Below, piece by piece: positions 51,446 through 60,754 of a stretch of DNA of 64,000 nucleotides. The position numbers and the translations under genes are program-made. This DNA is from Firmicutes bacterium UBA4975 (lineage in GTDB: Bacteria; Bacillota; Proteinivoracia; UBA4975). Every line of letters starts with the position of its first letter. Positions within the stretch are counted from its first letter, which is position 1. The stretch is taken from contig DGZR01000079.1 of assembly GCA_002397155.1 (NCBI GenBank), forward strand, positions 873 through 64,872. Reading direction: 5' to 3'. Under the pieces are notes generated by a model. It made no database searches. It was not told the origin of the DNA and saw nothing but the letters and a program-made list of their open reading frames with translations.

Positions 51446-52303
51446 ATCAAGAGCGGCTTTGCTGCTGTCACCGGCCTGCCCAATTCGGGCAAATCGACGC
51501 TGATCAACGCCCTGATCGGCGAAAGTCTCCTCATCACTTCCGCCAAGAGCCAGACGACCCGGCGGCAGTTTCGCTGTATCCTTACCGGAGCGGACTACCA
51601 ACTGGTCTTGGTGGACACCCCCGGCCTCCATGCCCCCAAGAACAAACTGGGAGAGTTCATGGCGCGGGAGATCGAGAGTTCCCTGGCCAACAGCGACCTG
51701 GTCCTTTATGTTTTGGACGCTTCCCGGCCCCAGGAGCTGGCCCCGGTCTTTCCCGCGAATAAGCCGGTGATTCTCGTCCTCAATAAAACCGACCTGCTCT
51801 TCCCAAAAAAGGTGGAGGAGCTGGTGGGGGATTTTCAAAAGGACCGGCGCTTTGCCGGGGTGGTGCCGATTTCCGCCGTCGGCCGCACTAACCTGCCCGC
51901 CTTGATCCAGGCGGTGGTTCAGTACCTGCCTGAAGGTGAGTTTCTCTATCCCGCCGACCAGCTCATGGACTGTGATTACCGCCTGCTGGCGGCCGAGCTC
52001 ATCCGGGAACAGGCCCTGCTCCAGCTTGAAGATGAGGTGCCCCACGGCATCGCGGTAGAAATCGTCTCCTTTAGCGAAACCGAGGACGAGGCCTTGATTC
52101 AGGCCAATATCATCGTGGAAAGGGATTCCCACAAGGGCATTGTCATCGGCCGGGGGGGCGGCATGCTCAAGGCAATCGGCACCGGGGCCCGGCTCCAACT
52201 AGAAAACCTCCTGGAAAAGACCGTCCACCTCAAGCTCTGGGTCAAGGTCAACAAGAATTGGCGTAAAGATCCTAACCGCCTAAAATGGCTGGGGTACAAG
52301 TGA
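51446..52303 (+). CDS. era: GTPase Era (probable ATC start)
   Basis: in-frame extension of the listed ORF gives (M)KSGFAAVTGLPNSGKSTL...QTTR...DTPG...NKTD, plus a KH domain 'IVIGRGG'. Confidence 0.93.
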   Translation: MKSGFAAVTGLPNSGKSTLINALIGESLLITSAKSQTTRRQFRCILTGADYQLVLVDTPGLHAPKNKLGEFMAREIESSLANSDLVLYVLDASRPQELAPVFPANKPVILVLNKTDLLFPKKVEELVGDFQKDRRFAGVVPISAVGRTNLPALIQAVVQYLPEGEFLYPADQLMDCDYRLLAAELIREQALLQLEDEVPHGIAVEIVSFSETEDEALIQANIIVERDSHKGIVIGRGGGMLKAIGTGARLQLENLLEKTVHLKLWVKVNKNWRKDPNRLKWLGYK

Positions 52304-53034
52304 TGGGCCTGGAAAAGGTATCCGGCCTCATCGTCTACGGTTTTCCCCTGGGGGAAGCCGACCAGCTCATAAGCTGCTTCACCAGCGGGGGAAACCAGGT
52401 AAAGTTTGTCGCCAAGGGCAGCCGTAAAGTGAAGAGCAAGCTGGCCGCAGCCGTCCAGCTTTTTATTTTTGGCGAGTACGTCTACTACTCCAGCCGGGGC
52501 CTGCCCTTTTTGCGCCAGGCCGATATCCTCAAGAGTTTTGCCGGGGTGCGCCGGAGCCTGCCCAAGAGCGGGGCCGCTTTTGCCGCCGTTGAGCTCTGCC
52601 GCCTCCTCATCGCCGAAGAGGCTCGGGAGACCGAAGCTTTTAATCTGGTCATGGCCTACCTGCTCTTTCTGGAAGACCGGGACTACGATTCCCTGGTCTT
52701 TGATTCTTTTCGCCTGAAGTTTGCCGCCAGTCTGGGCTACGGGATGGACTTTAGCCGCTGCGCCAACTGCGGGGCGCCCCTAAAATCTGGATGGCTATAC
52801 TGGCCGGCGGGAGGGGCGGTCTGTCCCCGCTGCCGGGGCCCGGCCGGAATCGAGGTGGGCCCCCGGGGACTTAGCCTGCTCCAGGAGATGGGGCAGCGGG
52901 ATTTTGCCGGGCTCCAGGGTCTAGACCCCGGCCTGGCCCGGCCAGGGGCCGCTTTTGTGGACAGCCTCATAAATTGGCTGACCCAAGGAAAGACTAAGGC
53001 ACAGGCTTTTCGCTCAGTCTTTGAGGGAAGGTAA
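52303..53034 (+). CDS. recO: DNA repair protein RecO
   Basis: GEAD, AKGSRKVKS, and Zn finger CANC...CPRC; follows era. Confidence 0.92.
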   Translation: MGLEKVSGLIVYGFPLGEADQLISCFTSGGNQVKFVAKGSRKVKSKLAAAVQLFIFGEYVYYSSRGLPFLRQADILKSFAGVRRSLPKSGAAFAAVELCRLLIAEEARETEAFNLVMAYLLFLEDRDYDSLVFDSFRLKFAASLGYGMDFSRCANCGAPLKSGWLYWPAGGAVCPRCRGPAGIEVGPRGLSLLQEMGQRDFAGLQGLDPGLARPGAAFVDSLINWLTQGKTKAQAFRSVFEGR

Positions 53035-53059
53035 AAAAAGTCCCCGGCCGTGAGGAGGG

Positions 53060-54889
53060 ATGGGGGTAAAACAGGCAAACCTATTAGTTGAACTGCGCTT
53101 TGGCGGCCTGGGCTACCGCCAGACTCTGCGTGCCTACGAATTTTTACGGCCCTGCTTTAGGGAAGAACTGGCCAGCCGGGACATCGGCATCGGCAAGCTG
53201 GAGGTCTTTTTCAGTAAAAGGCGGATTGTCCTTTGGCTGCGCCTCCACACCGGTGGCGACCGGATTGAGGCCAAGGCGGTCCTGACCCGGGCCGTTTCCG
53301 CTCTTTTACAGCGTTTTGGCCGGGCCCAGCCCGAAACCTGGGCCCTGGCCAGCGGCATGCTTGCCCTCATAGAGGACGAGGTCCTGCCCCTGGCCACGGG
53401 GGGGCTGGTGGCGGGCCGCCAGACCCAGGCCGGGGAAAAAGTGCTTTCCATCCAGGACACCCAGCACTACTGGCGGGAAATGGCCCGGCTCCGGGTCTAC
53501 GTGGATAATAACCAGCGGGAAAAGCGGATCCGCCAACTCCTGGCCGGAATTGCCGCCGACCTGGGGGCGGAGATCGTCTCTTCCCAGATCATCGATGAGG
53601 CGGTGCTGGACTGCGAGGAGCCCCAGGCAGGGTGGGCGGATATTTCCCCCGACCTCCTGGACTTGCCTGAAATACTGATCTTGATCATCCTGGAGGAGCT
53701 TCACTGTTTTGCCTTGCGCTTGCCCGGAGATAAGTTGCTGGCCAAGGCGGCTTACGTGTGCAACCGGGGCTGTCCCCCCCCCGATCTGAACGGGGAGCTG
53801 GTCAGGGCCCGGGACATCTACCGTCGGGACCTGGAGCGGACCCTGGCCCAGCGCTTAGAAGACCTGGGTTCCTCTTGCTACCTGGGTAAACTGGGCAGCT
53901 ACCTGGATAAACAGGGGCGCCTGCAAAAGATCGCCCTGTCCATCGCCAACCAAGCCGAGGCCGGCCGGGATATCTGCGACCTGGCCCGCCAAAGCGCCCA
54001 GTTGGCAAAACTGGATGTAACGGCGGAGATCTGCGGCATTTATCCGGAGTTTCTCGGCCACATGGGGGCGGTTATCGCTCGGCGGGAGGGGGCTTCCGAC
54101 ACTGTGGCTTCGGCAATAATCGAGCATTGGCATCCCAGCAGGTATTCCCGCAAGCTGCCCCGCACTCTGGTGGGGGCCCTGTTGGGTGTGGCGGACAGGC
54201 TGGACAATATCTGCGGCCAATACTACCGGGGTGAGCTCAAGCTATCCCAGTACAGGAACGTCGTCGATTGGTTTGACGAGACCATCGCCATTGTGGCCAG
54301 CGTGCCCCTGGACCTCTCCATGACCAGCCTCTTAAAGTTTTCTTTGTCTCTTTACGAGTCCCAGGGCCTGGTGCCCTGGCGGGCCCGGGATCTGGACTAC
54401 CTCTTGAAAATCTTCGGAGACCGGCTGCACTACCACTTGGAAGGGCTCTTTCCCCTCGAAGCGGCGGCGGTTGTCACCGCTCCGGGAGCGGACAATGTCT
54501 ACGCCGCCGTTCTCAAGGCCGAAGCCTTGGGGGACTCCGCCCTGCAGGATTGCCTGGCGGATTGCGCCGAAGCCTGTAAAATGCTGGACAGGACCTGCCC
54601 CAGGGACTACAATTATGAAGAGGCGGCCCGGGAATACCTGGAACTGCCCGAGGAATCGGACCTGTTTGAGGTGTACCTAGCCACCGGCGAAGAGGTGAAA
54701 AAACACCTGCAGCATAGGCGAATGGGCGAGGCGGTGACCCGTCTGGCCAAAGTGAGGACCCCCCTGCTGCGCTTCATCAATTCCGTCGACTTGGATACCC
54801 CGGACCGGCCCCTGCGCCTCAACCGCCTCAGCCTGCTGGGGGAGATCAGGCAACTGTATTTTTCCTACGGGGACTTTAGTCTGCTATAA
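53060..54889 (+). CDS. diverged glycyl-tRNA synthetase beta-subunit-like protein
   Basis: residual GlyS motifs 'LAKLD...YPEFLGHMG', 'AIIEHWHP', 'ADRLDNI' and C-terminal 'LRLNRLSLL'; shorter than typical GlyS. Confidence 0.75.
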   Translation: MGVKQANLLVELRFGGLGYRQTLRAYEFLRPCFREELASRDIGIGKLEVFFSKRRIVLWLRLHTGGDRIEAKAVLTRAVSALLQRFGRAQPETWALASGMLALIEDEVLPLATGGLVAGRQTQAGEKVLSIQDTQHYWREMARLRVYVDNNQREKRIRQLLAGIAADLGAEIVSSQIIDEAVLDCEEPQAGWADISPDLLDLPEILILIILEELHCFALRLPGDKLLAKAAYVCNRGCPPPDLNGELVRARDIYRRDLERTLAQRLEDLGSSCYLGKLGSYLDKQGRLQKIALSIANQAEAGRDICDLARQSAQLAKLDVTAEICGIYPEFLGHMGAVIARREGASDTVASAIIEHWHPSRYSRKLPRTLVGALLGVADRLDNICGQYYRGELKLSQYRNVVDWFDETIAIVASVPLDLSMTSLLKFSLSLYESQGLVPWRARDLDYLLKIFGDRLHYHLEGLFPLEAAAVVTAPGADNVYAAVLKAEALGDSALQDCLADCAEACKMLDRTCPRDYNYEEAAREYLELPEESDLFEVYLATGEEVKKHLQHRRMGEAVTRLAKVRTPLLRFINSVDLDTPDRPLRLNRLSLLGEIRQLYFSYGDFSLL

Positions 54890-54917
54890 AAAAAATACAT
54901 CAATGCAGGTGATAGCC

Positions 54918-55088
54918 TTGCCAACCCTCCTGGATAAAATTGAAGCTATCCTTATAAAGTCCTTTTTGCTCCTGGCCGCCCTGGCCCTGATCTTTCAGCT
55001 TGTGGCCCGGCATCCCCGCTGGGCGGATATGCTGGTCCTGCTCAACCGGCTGGAAGGGGCGGTCTACGAATTCCGGACTCTAGAGTAA
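54918..55088 (+). CDS. small single-TM protein
   Basis: TTG after AGGTGA; hydrophobic core followed by 'NRLEG'. Confidence 0.5.
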   Translation: MPTLLDKIEAILIKSFLLLAALALIFQLVARHPRWADMLVLLNRLEGAVYEFRTLE

Positions 55089-55101
55089 GGGGGTAAAAAA
55101 G

Positions 55102-55788
55102 ATGGGGGAGGGAAAGAAGATGGGGGAAGAAAGCGCCATCGTCATCGACGGCCCGGCGGGGGTGGGCAAGAGCACCATTGCCAAGGCTCTGGCCAGGAAA
55201 CTGGGCTACACCTATGTGGATACCGGGGCGATGTACCGGACGGTCACTCTTTTTGCCCTGGAAAAGGGCATTCCCATCGACGGGGACCATCAGGAAGAAC
55301 TGCTGGGGACCATCGAGGGGGAAGCTTTTGCTTTTGTCTTTGTCGGCGACGACCTGCAAGTCCGCTTTGGCCCCCGAGACCTGAGCCAGGCCATCCGCAG
55401 CCCGGAGGTGACGGGACGGGTGTCCCAGGTGGCCGCTCTGCCCCTGGTGCGCCAGGGCCTCAGGCGCCGCCAGCGGGAAATTGCCCAAAAGCACAAAGTG
55501 GTGATGGAGGGCCGGGACATCGGCACCGTCGTCCTGCCCCGGGCCCGGCACAAGTTTTTCCTCACTGCCGCCCCGGGGGAGCGGGCGCGCCGGCGCTACC
55601 AGGAGCTGCGGGCCCAAGGCCGGCAGGTGGAGTACGCCCAGATCTGCCGGGAAATCGAAAAGCGGGACCAACTGGACTCCACCCGGGAACACGACCCCTT
55701 GCGCCAAGCCGAAGACGCTGTCTTGGTGGACACCACCACCCTGGATGCGGCCGCCGTGGTGGACTTGGTTATACAAAAACTGAAATGA
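55102..55788 (+). CDS. cmk: cytidylate kinase
   Basis: IDGPAGVGKST, DTGAMYR and EGRDIGTVV motifs. Confidence 0.96.
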   Translation: MGEGKKMGEESAIVIDGPAGVGKSTIAKALARKLGYTYVDTGAMYRTVTLFALEKGIPIDGDHQEELLGTIEGEAFAFVFVGDDLQVRFGPRDLSQAIRSPEVTGRVSQVAALPLVRQGLRRRQREIAQKHKVVMEGRDIGTVVLPRARHKFFLTAAPGERARRRYQELRAQGRQVEYAQICREIEKRDQLDSTREHDPLRQAEDAVLVDTTTLDAAAVVDLVIQKLK

Positions 55789-55790
55789 CT

Positions 55791-55819
55791 TTGTCAAGCG
55801 GGCCAAAATGATATATAAT
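55791..55819 (+). promoter_or_regulatory. sigmaA promoter of ispH-rpsA
   Basis: TTGTCA-N17-TATAAT. Confidence 0.75.
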
Positions 55820-55848
55820 AGAATGGTTGAGAGCCGGAGGTGAAACCC

Positions 55849-57843
55849 ATGCGTCTGGTCGTCTCCAAGTATGCGGGTTTTTGCCCCGGAGTGCAGCGGG
55901 CGGTGGAACTGACTTTAGAGCAGGGCAAGGGACGGCCGGGGCAGGTCGCCACCTACGGGCCCCTGGTGCACAACCCGCAAATGATTGAACACCTAAAAGG
56001 TCTGGGGATTAGGACCCTGGGGGACTTAAGTTCTGTCCCGGAGGACACCATAGTAATCCGCTCCCACGGCGTCAGCCCCCAAGTCATGGCCGCTCTTCAG
56101 GCCACGGGCAAAACAATAGTCGACGCCACCTGTCCCTTTGTGCGCAGGATTCACTCCATTGTCGATTCTCTCCAAGACCGCTTTCTCATAATCATCGGCG
56201 ATGCCCAGCATCCCGAAGTTCAGGGTATCTTAGGCCGAGCCCCGGGAGGGGCGGCGGTGGCGGCCGATGAAGAAACCGCCCGCCAAGTCCAGGCCGACGG
56301 TCCCGTCGCCGTGGTGGTTCAAACTACATTTGACCAGGAAAAGTTAGAGCCCATAACGGCGGTTCTCCGTGAAAAATTCCCTGATGTTGAAATACATAAT
56401 ACTATTTGCCTGTCGACCCGGGATAGGCAGCGAGAAGTGGCCGAGCTGGCCCGGGACAGCGACCTCATGCTGGTTATCGGCGGCGCCAACAGCGCCAACA
56501 CGGGTAAATTAGTAGCTATCTGCAAGGGATCCGGTGTCGAAACACATCACATACAAACAGCAAAAGATGTTTTGCCCCAGTGGTTGGAAAGGGCTTCAGC
56601 CGTCGGCATTGCCGCCGGCGCTTCGACCCCGGACTGGATAATAAGGGAGGTTGTGGACGTGGTTATGGAGAATAGCAATGAAGGCATCGACGAAGTGAGG
56701 GAAGACTCTACCGAAGTTATCGAGGAGCAAAGCAAACCCTTAGCGGTTGGCGATATAGTTGTCGGCAAAGTCGTTCAAGTCAACCCCGACGAAATACTAG
56801 TCGATGTAGGCGCCAAGATGGAGGGACTGATCCGCAAAGAGGAGCTTTCTTTTCGCAAACTGGAGAGCTGCGCCGATCTCGCCCAGGTGGGTCAGGAACT
56901 AGAAGCAGAAGTGACCAGGCTCAATGAAGACCTCTTTGAACTCTCGGTGCGCAAGCTCACCCAGAGCAAGGCCTGGAAGATTGTCAAAGAGGCTTTTGAA
57001 ACCCAGCAGCCCGTTTCCGGGCCGGTAGTAGAAGTGGTCAAGGGCGGCTTGATCGTCGACTTGGGCCTCCGGGCTTTTATGCCCGCTTCCCTGGTGGACC
57101 TGCGCTTTGTCGAGGACTTAAGCCAGTTCGTGGGCCAGACGGTGACGGTGCTGGTCATTGAACTGGAACGCCGCCGCAACAAGGTAATCGTTTCCCGCAA
57201 AGCCCAGCTCATGCAGGAACAAGAGGGCAAAAAAGCGGAAACCCTGGCCCAGCTAGAAGAGGGGACGACGGTAAAGGGCATTGTCCGCCGCCTGACCAGC
57301 TTCGGCGCTTTTGTGGATATCGGCGGTATCGACGGCCTGATTCATATATCAGAGCTGGCCCATCACCGGGTGGAGCATCCCGGCGAAGTTCTCAAAGAGG
57401 ACCAAGAGCTGGAGGTCTACGTGCTCAAGGTCGATGCGGGGGCGGAGCGGGTTTCTCTCAGCCTGAAAAAAATCCTACCCGACCCTTGGACTGAGGTCGC
57501 CACCAAGTTCAAGGCCGGCGATGTGGTGGAAGGCAAGGTCGTGCGCCTGGCCGACTTCGGCGCCTTTGTCGAACTGGTGCCCGGGGTGGACGGCTTGGTC
57601 CACGTTTCTCAAATATCCGATGAACATGTAGCCAAGCCCGAAGACGTGCTCACAACCGGCCAGGTCGTCAAGGTCAACATCCTGGACATCGACGCCAAGG
57701 GCAAGCGGGTCAGCCTGAGCATGCGGGACGCCCACCGGGGCGGCAGGAGGGGCGCCAAGGAAGAAAGGCCCCAGGAGACTACTTCAATCGGCGCCACCAT
57801 CGGCGAACGCCTGGGCAATCTCTTCGAAAAAGAGGATGAATAA
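55849..57843 (+). CDS. ispH-rpsA: fused HMBPP reductase (IspH) / ribosomal protein S1
   Basis: GFCPGV, DATCPFV, NTIC and AGASTP IspH motifs followed by four S1 repeats (FGAFV...DGL.H.S). Confidence 0.95.
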   Translation: MRLVVSKYAGFCPGVQRAVELTLEQGKGRPGQVATYGPLVHNPQMIEHLKGLGIRTLGDLSSVPEDTIVIRSHGVSPQVMAALQATGKTIVDATCPFVRRIHSIVDSLQDRFLIIIGDAQHPEVQGILGRAPGGAAVAADEETARQVQADGPVAVVVQTTFDQEKLEPITAVLREKFPDVEIHNTICLSTRDRQREVAELARDSDLMLVIGGANSANTGKLVAICKGSGVETHHIQTAKDVLPQWLERASAVGIAAGASTPDWIIREVVDVVMENSNEGIDEVREDSTEVIEEQSKPLAVGDIVVGKVVQVNPDEILVDVGAKMEGLIRKEELSFRKLESCADLAQVGQELEAEVTRLNEDLFELSVRKLTQSKAWKIVKEAFETQQPVSGPVVEVVKGGLIVDLGLRAFMPASLVDLRFVEDLSQFVGQTVTVLVIELERRRNKVIVSRKAQLMQEQEGKKAETLAQLEEGTTVKGIVRRLTSFGAFVDIGGIDGLIHISELAHHRVEHPGEVLKEDQELEVYVLKVDAGAERVSLSLKKILPDPWTEVATKFKAGDVVEGKVVRLADFGAFVELVPGVDGLVHVSQISDEHVAKPEDVLTTGQVVKVNILDIDAKGKRVSLSMRDAHRGGRRGAKEERPQETTSIGATIGERLGNLFEKEDE

Positions 57844-58897
57844 CACCCGGTCTAACCGGAAAAAAGAACATCTGCTCCTTGCCCGTCAAGGACCCAGGTG
57901 TTCTTTTCCTTCTCTTTTTGAGGACATCCTCCTGCCCCACGACTGCCTGACCACTGTAGCGCCGGAGGATACCGACCTTTCTGCCTGCTACTCTGGCATC
58001 CAGGCAAAAACTCCGCTGTACATCAACGCCATCACCGGGGGCAGCTTGGCCAGTGAGGCCATAAACCGCAATCTTGGCCTGCTGGCCCGGGAGTTTGGCC
58101 TGCCCATGGCCCTGGGCTCAATGCAGGCAGGGCTGGACAACCCCCGGTTTCGCTTCACTTACCGGGTGGTCCGCCGGGTCAATCCCCAGGGGGTGGTACT
58201 GGCCAACTTGCCGGCGGGGGCTAGCCTGGCCCAGGCCCGGGCTGCCGTAGACCTGGTAGAGGCCCAGGCCCTTCAGCTCTTTCTCAATCCCCTCCAGGAG
58301 TTCATCATGCCGGAAGGAGAGGGTCCCTCCCCCGGGCTCCTGGAGAATCTGGCGGAAATCTGCGCCGGCCTCAAGGTGCCGGTGTTGGTCAAGGAGACGG
58401 GCTTTGGCATCGGCCCCGACCAGGCCCGGGCTTTAGCCCAGGCCGGGGCGAGGGGGGTGGACATCAGCGGCACGGGCGGCACCAATTTTGCCCGGATTGA
58501 GGGCAGGCGCAGCTCTTCGGACTGGTGGCGGCCCTTAGCCCGCTGGGGACTTCCCACCCCCCTGGCCCTGGCTGCCGTGGTGGCTCGGGGGCCCGCCCTG
58601 GATATCCTCGCTTCCGGCGGGGTGGATGACGGCATCCGGGCCCTCAAGTGCCTCTGCCTGGGGGCCAAGGCCGTGGGAGTGGCGGGGGGCCTCCTGGGTC
58701 CCCTGGGCCGGGGCGGCTTGGCCGCGGCCGGGTCGTACCTGGCGGACTACCTGCGCCAACTGCGGACGGGTCTCGCCCTCTTGGGCCAGGACTCCCTGGC
58801 CGGCCTGACCTCCCTGCCCCTGGTGGTCAGCGGCCGCCTGGGGGAAATGCTGGCGGGGATGGGAATCGACCTCTCCCGAGGCGGGCCGGGGACTTAG
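57836..58897 (+). CDS. fni: type 2 isopentenyl-diphosphate isomerase
   Basis: RKKEH, NAITGG, NPLQE..MPEG, KETGFG and GGTNF motifs. Confidence 0.93.
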   Translation: MNNTRSNRKKEHLLLARQGPRCSFPSLFEDILLPHDCLTTVAPEDTDLSACYSGIQAKTPLYINAITGGSLASEAINRNLGLLAREFGLPMALGSMQAGLDNPRFRFTYRVVRRVNPQGVVLANLPAGASLAQARAAVDLVEAQALQLFLNPLQEFIMPEGEGPSPGLLENLAEICAGLKVPVLVKETGFGIGPDQARALAQAGARGVDISGTGGTNFARIEGRRSSSDWWRPLARWGLPTPLALAAVVARGPALDILASGGVDDGIRALKCLCLGAKAVGVAGGLLGPLGRGGLAAAGSYLADYLRQLRTGLALLGQDSLAGLTSLPLVVSGRLGEMLAGMGIDLSRGGPGT

Positions 58898-58980
58898 TCC
58901 CTCTTTTTTGGCCGGAGAATATTGACCCCGGGTTGGGGAATAGCTAGAACAAGAAACGGGGCGCGGGGTGAGCATAAATA

Positions 58981-59637
58981 ATGAGCGTATGGCTCCTGAC
59001 CATTCTGGCTGTTGTCATCTACCTGGGCTTGCTGCAAAGGACCCTGGACCGGATGCGCCTGTCCGACCGGGCGGCCTTGATTATCATTGCCATTTTTATT
59101 GTCGCCACTTGGCTGCCGGAGGTGCCGATCGGCCTGGCCCGGATCAATATCGGCGGCACCCTTGTGCCCCTCGGCCTTGCCATCTACCTCATCGGCACGG
59201 CCGGCACTTACCGGGAACAGGTCAGGGGGACGGCGGCCATCATCGTCACGGCCATCGGGGTCCTCATCCTGGACTGGCTCTTGCCCCAGGAGCCCGGGGC
59301 GATGTTCATCGATCCCCTCTATGTTTACGGCCTGGCGGCGGGGGTGATCGGTTACCTGGCCGGCCGTTCCCGGCGGTCCGCTTTTGTGGGAGGGATGATG
59401 GGGGTCCTCTTGGCCGATGTCATGATTCTCTTCATGCAGCTCCCCCTGACCAGCACCTACCAACTGGGAGGCGGGGTCCTGGATTCTTCCCTCATCGCCG
59501 GCCTGATCGGCGTGGGGGCAGCGGAGATCTTCGGCGAGGCCCGGGAATTGGTGGCCCCGGACAAGCCGAATAAAGTGGCCTGGCTGGAAGATAAGCGGCG
59601 GCAAAAATATAAAAACGGCAAAGATCCCAAGCACTAG
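58981..59637 (+). CDS. DUF1614 family membrane protein
   Basis: LDRMRL, INIGG..VP, AGRSRR and GG...DS motifs. Confidence 0.75.
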   Translation: MSVWLLTILAVVIYLGLLQRTLDRMRLSDRAALIIIAIFIVATWLPEVPIGLARINIGGTLVPLGLAIYLIGTAGTYREQVRGTAAIIVTAIGVLILDWLLPQEPGAMFIDPLYVYGLAAGVIGYLAGRSRRSAFVGGMMGVLLADVMILFMQLPLTSTYQLGGGVLDSSLIAGLIGVGAAEIFGEARELVAPDKPNKVAWLEDKRRQKYKNGKDPKH

Positions 59638-59750
59638 ACTGTAAAAGAGTATACCCCGCTCGGGCGGCCCGGAATTATTTCTGCTCCCAAGGGACGGTAA
59701 TTTTCCGGGTAATCATTTTTTTTGACAAAATTCTCCCCTGCAGGGGGCAG

Positions 59751-60248
59751 GTGGTGTGGATTATCGCTTGCTATGTCATCTACCATTGCTACGGCGGCTC
59801 TCATTCATCGGTGGCGGCGGCAGCCATTCACGTCGGCCTCTTGGCCCGGGATAAAAAGCCCGGCCGGCGGGAATTGACTGAGCTGCCTTATTTTGATTCG
59901 CAAAAGGCCCAAGACCACGGTTTTTTACAGTTCATGGGCCGGGGAAAGGAGGGGGCCTTGGTCTATTCCGTGGGCTTTGAGACCGCATCCGCCCCGGTGA
60001 TCAATGCGGCAAAAAATCTCTTTTCCCTGGGGCGGGAGGCAGCGGAAAACGTCATCTACGTGGGGACCAGGCCCCAAATAAATAACTGGATGATTGCCGG
60101 GGGCATCATCTCCCGGCTCCTTGGCCTGACCTGTCTGGGCCGTCCCCTGGTCGCCTGGGGAACCCAACTGGCCCATCGGGGGCTGGTCGGGCTGGTGGAA
60201 AAAACCGAAGCCAGGGTGCGGGACCTGTCGGCGGGTGAGGCCCCTTGA
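59751..60248 (+). CDS. DUF3189 family protein
   Basis: IYHCYGGSHSSVAAAAIH.G, PYFD and GG..SR motifs. Confidence 0.8.
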   Translation: MVWIIACYVIYHCYGGSHSSVAAAAIHVGLLARDKKPGRRELTELPYFDSQKAQDHGFLQFMGRGKEGALVYSVGFETASAPVINAAKNLFSLGREAAENVIYVGTRPQINNWMIAGGIISRLLGLTCLGRPLVAWGTQLAHRGLVGLVEKTEARVRDLSAGEAP

Positions 60249-60730
60249 TTTACTACTACCACTGCTATCGGGGGGCCCACTTATCCTGCGTGGCCGCCGC
60301 CCTGCACCTGGGGGTGCTGAAACCCTCCGCCGGGGTCAAAGATATCCTGGGCTTGGAGTACTTTGACGTTCTGCAAAACCGGGACATGGGAACCCCGGTC
60401 CTGGCCGGTCACAGCAAGGGAGACCCCGTCTGCTTCCTCGGCCTGGGGCCGGGCAGCAAGATCTTTGCCCGCTACGCCCAGAGTGTGACCAAGGAATTGC
60501 AGGTGGAGCTCCCGTACAAGTCCGTCGACTGCCTGGGCTGTCTCAACTTGTTCACCCGGGTGGGGGGCTTTACTTCCCGCTACCGCCCCCTAAAAAACCT
60601 GGGCCGCCGCCTGGCTGCCAGGGGGGTGCACAAAAGCCTGGGCAAGATTTATGCCTTAGTTTTGCAAGCCCGGGACAGTTCAAGTATAATTTCAGGGGGG
60701 GCGGGCGAAAAGAGCCATACTCGCCCCTAG
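60245..60730 (+). CDS. DUF3189 family protein (paralog)
   Basis: YHCYRGAHLSCVAAALHLG, YFD and GGFTSR motifs. Confidence 0.75.
   Translation: MIYYYHCYRGAHLSCVAAALHLGVLKPSAGVKDILGLEYFDVLQNRDMGTPVLAGHSKGDPVCFLGLGPGSKIFARYAQSVTKELQVELPYKSVDCLGCLNLFTRVGGFTSRYRPLKNLGRRLAARGVHKSLGKIYALVLQARDSSSIISGGAGEKSHTRP
60662..60690 (+). promoter_or_regulatory. sigmaA promoter of der-gpsA
   Basis: TTGCAA-N17-TATAAT inside the 3' end of the upstream gene. Confidence 0.65.
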
Positions 60731-60754
60731 GAAACTATGGAGGGGGGATTCGCA

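Noticed and set aside
58917..58946. sigmaF-like promoter before the DUF1614 gene
   Set aside because: GAATA...GGGAATAGCTA fits the consensus only partially at either spacing; too weak to call.
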